The position numbers and the translations under genes were made by a program. From NCBI RefSeq assembly GCF_026571515.1, contig NW_026866079.1:1-64000 (forward strand): a stretch of 64,000 bases of DNA, in the 5' to 3' direction. Source of the stretch: Ruditapes philippinarum (taxonomy: Eukaryota). This document shows positions 49,998 through 63,230 of this stretch, one piece after another. The notes beneath the pieces are model-generated. The model had not been told where the DNA came from. It was given only the letters and a program-made list of their open reading frames with translations, and made no database searches. Within the stretch, counting starts at the first letter, position 1. Each line of letters begins with the position of its first letter.

Positions 49998-52275
49998 AAA
50001 CAAGAGGGCCATGATGGCCCTGAGGTCGCTCACCTGTATATAGGCCCCCCAACCCCAACCCCCCCAACGTTGCAGGGCCAATTTAACCCAAGGGCTTTTA
50101 TTTGCACAAACTCGGTAGACACCCATAAGAAGATGTTTCACGCTAAACATCTAAGCTCTAGCTCATTGGGCTTTATTGAAAGAAGATTTTTTTAAAGTTT
50201 TTACTATACACATATAGTTAAAAACAATGACACCCCTGGGGCCGGGCCAGTTTTGACCCCAGGGCTTTTATTTGAACAAACTTTGTAGACACTTACTAGA
50301 AGATGTTTCATGCTTAATATCTAAACTCTAGCTATTTGGGTTTTTTTCAAAGAAGATTTTTAAGATTTTGCTATACACATATAAAGAAAATCAATGACCC
50401 CCGGGGCAGGGCCAATTTTGACCCCATGTCTTTTATTTGAACAAACTTTGTAGACACTCACTAAAAGATGTTTCATGCTTAATATCTTAACTCTAGCTAT
50501 TTGGGTTTTTTCAAAGAAGATTTTTTAAGTTTTTGCTATACACATATAAGGAAAATCAATGACCCCCGGGCGGTGCCAATTTTGACCCCAGGGCTTTTAT
50601 TTGAACAAACTTGGTAGACACCTATTAGAACATGTTTGATGCTAAATATCTTAGCCATAGCTCTTTGAGTTCTTTAAAAGAAGATTTTTTAAGTTTTTAC
50701 TATATGCATATAGGGAAAATCAATGATCCCCCGGGGCGGGGCCAATTTTGACCCCAGGGCTTTTATTTGAACAAACTTGGTAGACACTTATTAGAACATG
50801 TTTCATGCTAAATATCTTAGCTTTAACTCTTTTGGTTCTTTAAAAGAAGATTTTTTAAGTTTTTACTATATGCATATAGGGAAAATCAATGACCCCCTGG
50901 GGTGGGGCCAATTTTGACCCCAGGGCTTTTATTTAAACAAACTTGGTAGACACCCATTAGAACATGTTTCATGCTAAATATCTTAGCCATAGCTCTTTGA
51001 GTTCTTTAAAAGAAGATTTTTTAAGTTTTTATTATATGCATACAAGGGAAAATCAATGACCTCCGGGGCGGGGCCAATTTTGACCCCCAGGGCTTTTATT
51101 TGAACAAACTTGGTAGTCACCCATTAGAACATGTTTCATGCTAAATATCTTAGCTCTAGCTCTTTTGGTTCTTTAAAAGAAGATTTCTTACGTTTGTACT
51201 ATATGCATATAGGGAAAATCAATGACCCCCCGGGGCGGGGCCAATTTTGACCCCAGGGCTTTTATTTAAACAAACTTGGTAGACACCTATTAGAACATGT
51301 TTCATGCTACAAATCTTAGCTCTAGCTCTTTTGGTTCTTTAAAAGAAGATTTTTTAAGTTTTTACTATATGCATATAGGGAAAATCAATGACCCCCCCCC
51401 CCGGCGGGGCCAATTTTGACCCCAGGGCTTTTATTTGAACAAACTTGGTAGACACTTATTAGAACATGTTTCATGCTAAATATCTTAGCTTTAACTCTTT
51501 TGGTTCTTTAAAAGAAGATTTTTTAAGTTTTTACTTTATGCATATAGGGAAAATCAATGACCCCCCTGGGGCCGGGCCAATTTTGACCCCAGGGCTTTTA
51601 TTTGAACAAACTTGGTAGACACCTATTAGAACATGTTTGATGCTAAATATCTTAGCCATAGCTCTTTGAGTTCTTTAAAAGAAGATTTTTTAAGTTTTTA
51701 CTATATGCATATAGGGAAAATCAATGACCCCCCGGGGCGGGGCCAATTTTGACCTAAGGGCTTTTATTTGAACAAACTTGGTAGACACCTATTAGAACAT
51801 GTTTCATGCTAAATATCTAAGCTGTAGCTCTTTTGGTTCTTTAAAAGAAGATTTTTAAAGTTTTTACTATATGTATATAGGGAAAATCAATGACCCCCCG
51901 GGGCGGGGCCAATTTTGACCCCAGGGTTTTTATTTGAACAAACTTGGTAGACACTTACTAGAAGATGTTTCATGCCAAATATCTAAGCTCTAGCTCTTAT
52001 GGTTTTTTAAAAGAAGATATTTAAAGTTTTTTCTTTCGGTTGCCGTGGCAACCAGAGTTCTGCATGGAATTAAATTCTTTGAACAATTTTTAAAGGTGAC
52101 CACCAAAGGAACATTCCTGTGAAGTTTGGATGAAATTGGCTCAGTGGTTTATGAGGAGATGTCATTTAAAGTAAAAGTTTACGGACGGACGCCGGACGGA
52201 CGGACGACGGACGGACGCCGGACGAAAAGCGATAACAAAAGCTCACCCTGTCACTTTGTGACAGGTGAGCTAAAA
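49998..52275 (+). mobile_element. Young element with about 12 near-identical ~166-bp internal repeats
   Basis: aacaagagggccatgatggccctgaggtcgctcacctg ... gctcaccctgtcactttgtgacaggtgagctaaaaa; unit gaaaatcaatgacccccggggcggggccaattttgacccc; related units at 56820-57283. Confidence 0.88.
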
Positions 52276-52389
52276 ATAAACCTATCACTGAAAGTGATTA
52301 ATACCCCCTCAAGCAACTTTGACTTTTTGAAAAATAAAACAAATTTGAGCTCAACTTATAGTATAATGAAGTATCAACTGTGTACAAAG

Positions 52390-53130
52390 AATTATTTCAT
52401 ATAATTGCAATCCCAACCAGGGTCTTCATATAAGCTATATACCAAGTTTGATTACAAAATCTCATTCCTAACTCTAGTTATTGTCCTGAAACAATTTTTC
52501 TATTTTTTGTAATGGTTACCTTGGCCTTGACCCCAGGGGATCTTAATGCAATACCAGCCGGGGTCTTCATATAAGCTTGTTATACACCAAGTTTGATTAC
52601 AATATCTCATTCCAAACTCTAGTTATTGTCCTAAAACCATTTTTATATTTCAAGTTATGGTGACCTTGGCCTTGACTCCGGGGGGGGGGGTCTTAATGCA
52701 ATACCAGCCTGGGTCTTCATATAAGCTTGCTATACACCAAGTTTGATTACAATATCTCAGTCCTAACTCAAGTTTTTGTCCTGAAACCATTTTTCTTTTT
52801 TAGTAACGGTGACCTTGGCCCCAAGGGTTGAAATCCAATACCAGCCGGGGCTCTTCATAGAAGTTTGCTATACTCCAAATTTGATTACAATATCTCATTC
52901 CTAACTCTAGTTATTGTCCGGAACCATTTTTTTATCATAGAAACTTTGGCCTTGACCTCGGGGGGTCCAAATGTAATACCAACTGGGCATTTCATATAAG
53001 CTTGCAATACACCAAGTTTGATTACAAAACCTCTTTCCTAACTCTAGAACTATCCAAAACTTTTTTTCTATTTTCAGTACTGGTGACCTTTACCTTGAGC
53101 CAAGGAAGTCTAAATGATATACCAGCTAAG
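52390..53130 (+). repeat. ~125-bp tandem array
   Basis: Recurrent caagtttgattacaatatctcattcctaactctagttattgtcc. Confidence 0.8.
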
Positions 53131-53300
53131 GTCTTCATATATGTTAGGACAATAATAAGAGTTAGGAATGAGATATTGTAATCAAACTTGGTGTTTAGCA
53201 AGCACATATGAAGACCTCGTCTGGTTGTTTATATGTCTAATGTCTTTTTTTCTATTTTCAGTTCTAGAGACTCCTAAAAAGGGCCAATCAAAATAATATG

Positions 53301-55492
53301 AAACAAGGGTGCCATAGTCACAAAATACGCCCGTTTACGAAAGCTTTAGATGGAGATGGGGGCATTATGGATAAGTGTTATCTAGCAAGCAAGTTTTTAT
53401 TCTTGGCACTGTGTTGTTAAATGAACCTTAAAACAAATCAGTAGGGAAGATATGCACAGGATGTGTGACCTTGACCTTGGTTGCAGGGACCTGAATTTTA
53501 TGCACGGCACTCAGCCTCACAATGATGAACATTTGTGCCAAAATATATTGAAATCCCTCTATGCATGTAAAAGTTTTGCTCCAGACAAGCGTTTTTCTAT
53601 GAGCTCTAACTGTGACCTTCACCTTTGACCTAGAGACTTGGTTTATGTGCAGGGCACTACGTCTCATGGTGGTGAACAATTCTATAAAGTAACATTAAAA
53701 TTCCTCCATGCATGTAGAAATTATGCTCCGGACAACATCTGGATATTTAATCATCTCCAGTGACCTTGACCTTGCAAATATTAACCTATATTAAATGTGT
53801 CACACCTGTAGTCATGATAGTTACCATTTGTGCTACAATCCATCAATAAATGATGACTAAATGGTCCCTATACACATCTTCAAATTTTTATCTGAACTTT
53901 GACCTCTATGTGTAACATTGACTTTGGTCGCAGGGATCTGAATTTTGCGTGCGACACTCAGCCTCACAATGGTGAACATTTGTGCCAAGTTATATTGAAA
54001 TCCCCCTATGAATTTAGAAGTTTTGCTCCGGACAAGCGTTTTTCAATGAGCTCTAAGCGTGACCTTGACCTTTGACCTGGAGACCTGGATCATGCATGGA
54101 GCAATACATATCATGGTGGTGAACATTTCCATAAAGTATTATAAAAATTCTTCCATACATGTAGGAGATATGCTCCAGACAAAATCTGGATATTTCACCA
54201 TCTTTAGTGACATTGACCTTGCATATATTGACCTAAAGTACATGTGTCACAGCCGTAGTCATGATAATGACCATTTGTGTTACAATCCTTCAATAAATGA
54301 TGATTAAATCGTCCCTATACACATCTTCATATTTTTATCTAAACTTTGACCTCTATGTGTGACCTTGACCTTGGCCGCAAGGACCTGAATCTTGCGCGCG
54401 ACACTCCACCTCACAATGGTGAACATTTGTGCCAAGTAATATTGAAATCCCTCTATACATGTGGAAGTTTTGCTCCGGACAAGCATTTTTCAATGAGCTC
54501 CAAGTGTGACCTTGACCTTTGACCTAGAGACCTGGTTCATGTGCGCGACACTGCTCCTCATAGTGGTGAACATTTCTATGAAGTTTCATGAAAATCTCTC
54601 CATACATGTAGGAGAGCTGAACTGATATTTACTTGAAAATTAAAATATAATTAAATTTCTATGAGAAAGTATTTACATTTGATAAGGTAATTACTGTATG
54701 ATCTTTATGAACAAATACCAAGTCTACAGAACACCATAGTTATCACAGTTAAGAATCTTGACCAATGAATGAAACATGTGTAAATAAATGTTACATTCTT
54801 TAGAACATACTCGAGTCCAAGAAAGAGGATTATTTTATGCCCTTTGATTAAATTCTATTTTTAGAATTGAAAGTGAAAGTAGATCAAGGGGAGTAATTGT
54901 GTAAGTCATTTATGAACAAAGTAATAACTTTGTTGTCGCCCTTTGATTAAATTCTATTTACAAAATCTGGATATTTCATCATCTTTAGTGACCTTGACCT
55001 TGTATATATTGACCTAAATTATATGTATCACAGCCATAGTCTTGATAATGACCATTTGTGTTACAATCCCTCAATAAATGATGACTAAATGGTCCATATA
55101 CACATCTTCATATTTTTATCTGAACTTTGACCTCTATGTGTGACCTTGACCTTGGCCGCAAGGACCTGAATCTTGCGCGCGACACTCTGCCTCACAATGG
55201 TGAACATTTGTGCCAAGTAATATTGAAATCCCTCTATACATGTGGAAGTTTTGCTCCGGACAAGCATTTTTCAATGAGCTCTAAGTGTGACCTTGACCTT
55301 TGACCTAGAGACCTGATTCATGTGCGCGACACTGCTCCTCATAGTGGTGAACATTTCTATGAAGTTTCATTTAAATTCCTCCATACATGTAGGAGATATG
55401 CTCCGGACAAAATTGGACGCCGCCCGCCCGACCACCCGCCCGCCAGGGGCGTTCCCATAATACGTCCCGTTTTTCAAACGGGCGTATAAAAA
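53301..55492 (+). mobile_element. Tandem-repeat-bearing non-autonomous element with higher-order units
   Basis: aaacaagggtgcc ... cgcc microsatellite and tacgtcccgttt-ttc-aaacgggcgta hairpin end; 54180-54615 is repeated at 54960-55397. Confidence 0.8.
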
Positions 55493-56125
55493 TTGATAAA
55501 ACACTACCTAAGAATGCTACAGACAAAGCTTGGTGACCATCAATCAATTAGTTCTGTAGAAATGGATGTCTTAAGGTTTTTTTTTCTATATTTAGCTCTA
55601 GAGACCCCTAAAACGGGCCAATCAAATTATTATGAGCAAATTTGAAAAAAACACTAGATAAGAATGCTACAAAGTTTGGTGATCATCTATCATTTACTTC
55701 AGTACAAGATAATGTCTTAAGGTTTTTTTCTATTTTACCTCTGGAGGCCCCTAAAATGGATTTGCAAAATTTGTAAAAGGCTACATAAGAATGCTACAGA
55801 CAAAGTTTGGTGATAATCCATTAATTAGTTCTGTAGAATAAGATATCTAAAGGTTTTTCTATTTCTAACTCTAGAGACCCTCAAATTAATGAGCAAATTT
55901 GAGAAAAGACTACCTTAATAGAATGCAACTGAAAACGTTTGAGGATCATCAATCAATTAGTTTTGTATAAATAGATGTCTAAAGGTTTTTCTCCTCTTTT
56001 AGCACTAGAGACCCCTAAAAGGGGCCAATCAAATAAATATGAGCAAATTTGATTACAGACTACATAACAATGCTACAGACAAGGTCTAGTGATCATGAAT
56101 CAATTAGTTCTGTAGAAGATGTCTA

Positions 56126-56583
56126 CAGCACTATTAAGTGTTGAGAATTGAGTTCTGCTCAAGCCGGTGCTTAGGGACGTGAGAGATGTTGCACTTATTC
56201 ATTATCCCTCATGTATAGACTTAATTAAACCGAGTCTGCAATTTTCATGTAATTTTGTTGTGATTTATGCTTTCGAGGGATCACTTTGTTTCCAGATTAT
56301 TTATACTTCACAACAGCAGGTGTCAAGTTCTGTGTGGCAGCTGTAAAAAGTTACCCATACTTCACTTCAGTGATGTTATATTTTTTTGGTCTTTCGGGAT
56401 CATTGATGCCAGCACTATTAAGTGTTGAGAATTGAGCAGCGCTCAAGCCGGTGCTGGGGGGGGGGGTGAGGGGTGTTGCACTTATTAATTATCCCTCATG
56501 TACAGACCCAACCAAACCGATTCTGCAATTTTCATGTAATTTTGATGTGATAAATGCTTCCGAGGGATCACTTTGTTTCCAGA
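56126..56583 (+). mobile_element. Second insertion of the 283-bp structured repeat, 1.6 units
   Basis: Reverse complement of 24013-24769; interrupts an unrelated tandem array; agatgt occurs at both junctions. Confidence 0.8.
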
Positions 56584-57900
56584 TGTGTTTCTATTTCAGC
56601 TCTCTTGACCCCTAAAAGGGGCCAAAAAATTTTGCAATGGTAAGAGCAAATTTAGGTGTGACAGTCACAAGGATGCTACAGACCAATTTTGAAGTGAATC
56701 TGTCCAGTTGTTTCAGAGAAGAAGATGAATGCATGTTGACGAATGACAACGGACGCCTGAGCATCCCCTTTTGATACTAATAGCTCACCCTGAACCTTCG
56801 GAACTAATGAGCTAATACGGACAAAGGAAAATCAATGATCCCCCTGGGGCAGGACCAATTTTGACCCCGGGGCTTTTATTTGGGCAAACTTGGTACATTT
56901 ACTAGAAGATGTTTCATGCTCTAGCTATTTGAGTTTTTTTAAAAGAGATTTTTTACGTTCTTTTTATATACATATAAGGGAAATCATTGACCCCCGGGGT
57001 AGGGCCAATTTTGACCCTAGGGCTTTTATTTGAAAAACTTGGTAGACACTCACAAGAAGATGTTTCATGCCGAATATCTAATCTCTAGCTCTTTGGATTT
57101 TTTTTTTAAAGAATTCTTTTTAAGTTTTTTTCTTTAGCCTGCCATGGCAACCAGAGTTCTGCATGGAATAAAAATCTTTGATCAATTTTAAAAGGTGACC
57201 ACCAAAGGAACATTCCTGTGAAGGTTGGATGAAACTGGCTTAGTGGTTTATGAGGAAATGTCATTTAAAGTAAAAGTTTACGGCTTACCTTGTCGAAATA
57301 ACCAAATCTTTCCAGTCTCATGATAAAACCAGATTAAGTCTTTTAATTGAATGGGATAAATTTTCTCTAGATTTAGCAGACAACAACCAATCCACATTAA
57401 TATCTACACTTTTTCTTTAAAAAATAAAACAAACATAACAATAGAACTAATATTTCACTAAAGATGACACAGGATTGCCAAATTGATACCCCCACATGAC
57501 ACAGGGTATTAAGTAGTGCAATTTATCATTTCGTTTAAAAGTTAATATTTTAGGGCAGAAACAAAATGTTCAAATCATGACCTTCAAGGGTGACGTTAAG
57601 CCTGCATTATTGCAATCAGAGTGTTTGAACATTGCCTTGCTGAGTTGAACTTACACGCCAAGAGATTGAAAAATCTTTCCAGTCTTATAGGATTTATAAA
57701 GTGGACATGATGAGACGGATGGACCGAACAACTGATTGACCGACATGACATATTCATTCCAGTATCCCCTCTTCCATATCATGTTTAGGGGAAGTAATAA
57801 TTAAACAAACATAACTTTGTATATATAAGACTTTAATGTTTACAAATATCAAAAAAATTAAATTAAATTACACGTACATGTAATATTAATACAAAAATAA

Positions 57901-57906
57901 TTTATT
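57901..57906 (-). terminator. Candidate polyadenylation signal for the TM/tail transcript
   Basis: AATAAA about 160 nt after the 58068 stop, followed by T-rich sequence; a common hexamer in AT-rich DNA. Confidence 0.45.
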
Positions 57907-58067
57907 CACTGAATGCTCTTAAAAGCTGAAAAAAAGATCAGTGAAACATTGACAATTATTTATCTTTCATCTTTTTCTGTCGCAAAGAAGTAGACATACA
58001 ACTAGAAAAGTTTATCCCTTAAACACACTGATGTACACTTAAATATATGACAAGCATAATTAACCCA

Positions 58068-58837
58068 TCAAACTTCAATGTCAGAAATTTCATTATCTTG
58101 TTCATAACCCGCTAGCTTCTGATACTGCGGGGAAGATATTCCTGGTGTCGGAGAACTTGTATCCTTCCCGCTATATATTTTCAATAAGTTTTTATCTTTA
58201 TCAATGAGATCACCTTTTGGTTTCTTTTCACGCTTTCTTCTCGGTTTATCTTCTGCACTATTTTTTGCCTGTTTAAGCTCTCTGGTAATATCATCAGCAT
58301 TTCTTGGTGTAAGAATCTGCTGAGGTAATGGACTACCTTCACGATATACAGGTGTCTCCTTAATTGGCATGAATGGTGACAATTTTCCGGATTTCGGTTC
58401 TGTATCCTGATTCCTTGCTTTCTTTGCTACTGTTTTTGGTTTTGAGTCTTCGATCTGGATTTTTGGTATATCTAGAACATTTGATGCTGGCGATGATGTG
58501 TCTCTTGGAGAACCAATCTGTTCTGGTAGAAATGATCCTAGACTGATTGATCGTAATGATGAAGGCGTGGCAGACATTGACGGGTACATGGTAGGAGAAC
58601 GACGACCAATCATCATAGGTGGTCTTTGAAGTTCAATATTTCTGGTGGTAAGTGGGGCTGGGGAATTAGAGCTCATCTTGCCCACTGTATCAGTCACATG
58701 TTTTAGATGGGCAAGTGGTGCCAATGAGGAGTCAGCACGTCCCATATCTGTCACATGGCGCTGATGGCCTAAAGGTGCTCTTGATGGAGTAATTTTGTCT
58801 CGGTCAATCTCGTCAAATAATGAACTTGGTTTCACAT
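58068..58837 (-). CDS. Terminal exon encoding a Ser/Pro/Lys-rich cytoplasmic tail (about 255 aa, ends ISDIEV)
   Basis: ttattcag|AT GTG AAA; joins in frame to the TM exon (CAA G|AT = Gln-Asp); long open frame with higher GC than flanks; stop at 58068. Confidence 0.85.
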
Positions 58838-59281
58838 CTGAATAAAAACAACAATACATGTATAATAATTGCCAGCAACATTTCTCCATCAGTTCCTATA
58901 TCTGTTAAATGTATATACAAATGTACCTTAAATTAGTTCACCCTTGGTAACAGTAACTAAGTTTTTTCAAAATGACACAAAATGTACAAAAATGTATTCA
59001 ATATTGCATTACATACATGATACAAATATTGAAGGCAAAACCAATTAATGGCTTTATTACTTAAACCTAATTATCCTTCTAAATCTATGAAATTGTCCCA
59101 CTAGGCTTGAATGCGAAAAAAGTCAAAAAGTACATTAAAGGAGTTCTGTAACTGAGAAGCTTGCCCTAAAGATACCTTGTAGGGATGTGCAGTCTGACCT
59201 GGCTTTATACTGATGCTAAAAGATCTTTTATTATTATTTATAACAACCAGAATCCAAAGAGTTAAGAAAATTAAAAGTTAC

Positions 59282-59652
59282 CTTGTATATAAGTGCTAGC
59301 CTTTGCTCCACCCACTGACTTGTATTTCTTCCACAATCTCCTTGCAATAACAGCAAGAATTATAGCCACTATTGTGGCAATACCAAACAAGACACCAAAG
59401 GCTATAGCAACGCCAGAGCTTGTACCATCATTGCTACCCTGCTGACCAGCTTCGACCGATGTTTTGGTTTAAACATATTTATTTAAGCTCGATTGCGAAA
59501 CAAGTTCTTGCAACTTATATTAATCACTTTCGAGTCCGCTTCCTGGAACCAACCAGTACTGGTGTCATGTGGAGAAACATGGTCGTGACCCGAGTAGGGC
59601 TCGAACCCATGATCTCTGGGTTGAGAGGCAGACACCTTAACCGATGTTTTAA
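59282..59652 (-). pseudogene. Transmembrane exon interrupted by a SINE
   Basis: Removing the SINE plus one TSD copy restores a 186-bp phase 1-1 exon, ttggcag|TT AAA ACA...CAA G|gtaact, encoding KTSVEAGQQGSNDGTSSGVAIAFGVLFGIATIVAIILAVIARRLWKKYKSVGGAKASTYIQ (hydrophobic helix followed by basic residues). Confidence 0.85.
59466..59639 (-). mobile_element. 5'-truncated tRNA-derived SINE (family 3) inside the TM exon
   Basis: B box ggttcgagccc; perfect 11-bp TSD accgatgtttt at 59455-59465 and 59640-59650. Confidence 0.9.
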
Positions 59653-60836
59653 CTGCCAATAATAAAACAAGCTAAGTAAACGGCAAACTCTCATTTAATA
59701 CTGATATTTTAAAGGCCCATAATGCCTCAGAAATGCTGTTATTTTTATTTCTGGAAAGCTTTTTAATTTTGTTGTACTTTTATAAAATCCCAAAAGTTAT
59801 TCACTGGAAATTTACCAGAACAATCTTTTTCATCTGTTGCTTTTTTGCAATAAGTATAGTTATAGTGAATTAGTATTTTGTATGAAAGTCAAAATACTAC
59901 TCTGTTTACATTTTGTTTCTTTTATGACAAATTATTTGACATTTTTTCGCTGCTTTTTTAAAGATAACAAACATCAAACATTCTTTAAAACCATTATTAA
60001 ACATTATAAAATTAATGTTTGCCCTTTCTAAAGGCGTAAAAATTTTCTAAAGGCGTAAAGATTTATTTGTTTATGTGGCCTAATGTACCTTCAATTATTC
60101 TCTTGATTCTACATATCAAGTCTTCTACTGGTACAGTTTAAATTTACAGTGTCAGTTAGGGTAATATGTATATAACAACGACTAAAGAGCCTGCTGAAAC
60201 AGAACAGATCTTTACCACTTAAAATTATAGTTTTACTAATTAAAATGAAAGGTTATTTTCAATGTAAAGCAATGCACCTGTCAATTTTACAAACAATTAC
60301 TAAACCTTTGGCACCAAGTGCACATGCAGATGAAACATTCCATGCTTAAACTGCTCCTACACTGCAAGTCTGAGCATACATGTATTACCTGCCATTGTGG
60401 CTTACAAAACAAAATTCAAATTACCTGACACCTGAGGGGACTAAATATTTTAAGAGCTTGGCTTATCTTATTGGAGAGGTCATCAGACCTCTCCATAGTG
60501 TTCAGACTGATTGCTGGCGGCATCCATTTTTGCGTATCTGATTGTAGTGAATGAATCTCATTTTAAGCATAAAATCATTAGGAGCAGTCTACAAAAATTG
60601 TTTTGCGCATGCCCCGTTTCAAAATACGGCTTAACTTAAACGAAAAATTAACATCGAAGTGATAGAAAAATCGGAAAATATCATTTACGTTACTTAGAAC
60701 TACGTGGATGTTTCATTCCGTTTATTCTTTTAAACTGTATAAATCGATTACATTATTGTTTTCTGAATAACGTTTTACTATTTCGTGTTCCGATAAATAG
60801 TAACAGTGAACATTGTAGCTACAATATAAACCATGC

Positions 60837-61078
60837 ATAATACGCCTTCGTGGTCAAGGGGTTAGAGTCGATGACTACTAAACCAGTCATCTCTCTGACG
60901 TGGGTTCGATCCCCGGGAGATTCCTTTTTTTTTTTTTTTTTTTTTTGATAGTTTAGCGGGAGGAAGGTTGTCTAGTACAGGTGTAACTCTCCAGGAACGA
61001 TGGTTAGAAAACTACCCGCCTATATGACTGAAATACTGTTGGGAAAAGGCGTAAAATGAAACTAACAAACGAACAAAC
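60837..61078 (+). mobile_element. tRNA-derived SINE (family 2)
   Basis: tggtcaagggg A box, ggttcgatccc B box, aaac-type tail, internal poly-T expansion. Confidence 0.88.
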
Positions 61079-62381
61079 ACTATTATATGACCAAGTGAAC
61101 CGTGTATTGAACCCACAGTATATACACGATTTGAACCCCAACCGTATCTTGAGAAGATGTCAGTGTCAACCATTTTCTGACGCTTAACCTGTTTAATATA
61201 TTGGTATTTATATTGATACTTATGGACGTTAGGTTAGTGAATCTATATTTGTATCGTAGAAGAGAAACTTTAAGCGTTTAAGTTATACAACATCTAAATG
61301 TTAATAATCGAAACTCACGAACTGATTTCAGGTGATCAACACTGAACACTAGCAAAAATCCGTCTTATTTCAAGGTTTATTTAGTTAAACATTGAATTGT
61401 GATATCGAACTACTAAAATGATCAATAACAAACGATAATTTAGTCATCTGCAAAAAATATTGCTGTATTTTGAACATTAAATTAAGAGTTTAACAAAGGA
61501 GGTCAATTCCGTAAACTGAACGTTACTTGCTGGTGATTGTGAACCCTACTTGTGAGTTTACGAATTTTATCTGTACCCTGACTTGTGAGTATTTTTAAAG
61601 ATTAAATGGAGAGAACGTTAATTATTTAACGTATTTATTTGTTTATTGAAAGGCAAAATGGAATAATTTAGTTGTCTTCATTGCCCCCTTTCTCTTCAAA
61701 CATAATCGGAACGCTATTGTTCATAATTTGGACATCAGAACAAAAGCTTAACATAACAATTTCTCAGCTTGACAGCAATAACAGAAACATTAAAATCATA
61801 CTCAAAAGACTTTAGAATTATTCCAAAAGAACTGAAAAAAGGACTTTAAAAGCAAATGATATTACAAAAACAGTAAAAATTTCAAGACAAGAAGGAATTG
61901 AAAAATAATCTCCAATCAAGAAATGTCATAAAATTAAAACGCCTGTTAAAGATGTTCACACATCGACAAAAGATACGTTTTTTAGTACAGATGACGTAGA
62001 GATTAAGTTTAAACTTGGTGTCAACTTATTCCACAGATCCAACATTTATGTTGCGTTTTCAGGGGAGTGTTTGTTACATGAAAGCTACTGCCAAGACCCT
62101 CTACTACAAATGATTCATCCAAATCCATCTGAAATACATGTATATGGCAATTTATAGAAAGGAACTGGATTTTTATATATATCTTTTGACTTAAGATAAC
62201 TTATGATAGCCAATGATAGCCAACTTTTTAAGTTGTGTGAAAAGAAAACTAACTAGTTATCTTAGACACCGACAAGACTGTAAACTATTTTTAAAAAATA
62301 AGTGGAAATAAACTTGCAAGAGTGAAAACTACCTTTTAGACATTTAACAAAAATATGCAGGAAACTCCTTAAAATGTTTTA

Positions 62382-63230
62382 CAGTCCAACCCCGTTTATT
62401 CGAAGTGCCTGGGACTGAGTATTTACTTCGAATAATCGATGGGTTCGAATAATCGAAATCGGAATATTTTGATAGACGAAATCTACTCCACTTTGACCAA
62501 TCATAGCAAAACTACCGTTTACAACACACTTACTTCCTGTAATAAATTGAGGAAAATAAATATTAAAGAAAAGATGCGTAAAAATTATTGTGTTGACATT
62601 GAAGACATAAATACTTGCATTTTATTCTACATGATTATCGTTTCGCTTCGCGTAAAGCCTTGATAATGGCCGTGTTGTCACTACGGTATTTACAGCTAAA
62701 CTCTGGTATTTTCGATTAGGAAAAAGGCTCTCATGTAGCGTTACAATTAATGAAAAAAATGTGTTGGATGTTTTGACAAATTTACATATACAGTATGTAT
62801 GAAAATAATTGCCGTCATCTTCAAGCAATAACAGTAACAAAATCGGACACGGTGCATTGCTTTTCATTTTCGGTAATTAAAGTTGATTGAAGAACACACA
62901 AAGAGTTATTATCATGACTGTCTAAATGCACGCATGACTGTTGATATTTTTCACATGTCGACCGGTCAGCGAGTGGATCTGCGCCAATTAGTCTGGCTTC
63001 GAATAATAATTAGACTGGCTTCGAATAATAGGTTGTGAAATTCTTCCATAATTGTATAATCGGGACCGGAATTTATCTTCGTAAACTAGGAGGTATTCGG
63101 ATATGCATTTCGAATAATATGTACTTATTAATATTAACTTATATAGAGATAAAAATGTGACCACCATCTTCTTCGGATAAAAATGCCTGGTATTCCAATA
63201 AAAGGGTTGTCGAATAACCGGGTCGGACTG
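62382..63230. mobile_element. pogo/Tigger-like non-autonomous element
   Basis: ta|cagtccaaccccgtttattcga ... tcgaataaccgggtcggactg|ta; subterminal ttcgaataa repeats. Confidence 0.82.

Noticed and set aside
57289-57397. Candidate first coding exon MWIGCCLL...RQ with a phase-1 gtaagc donor
   Set aside because: Not signal-peptide-like, and it overlaps sequence resembling a repeat fragment at 57671.
60389-60400. Possible 12-nt start micro-exon (aag|ccacaATGGCAG|gtaata) for the TM gene
   Set aside because: Too short to support without transcript data.
60837-60920. tRNA gene
   Set aside because: The tRNA-like head continues into a SINE body and tail, with a TSD-flanked copy at 20158-20376.
61700-62140. 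Possible decayed coding sequence (A-rich plus strand; minus-strand KCWICG peptide)
   Set aside because: Short, interrupted by stops, and no recognisable family.
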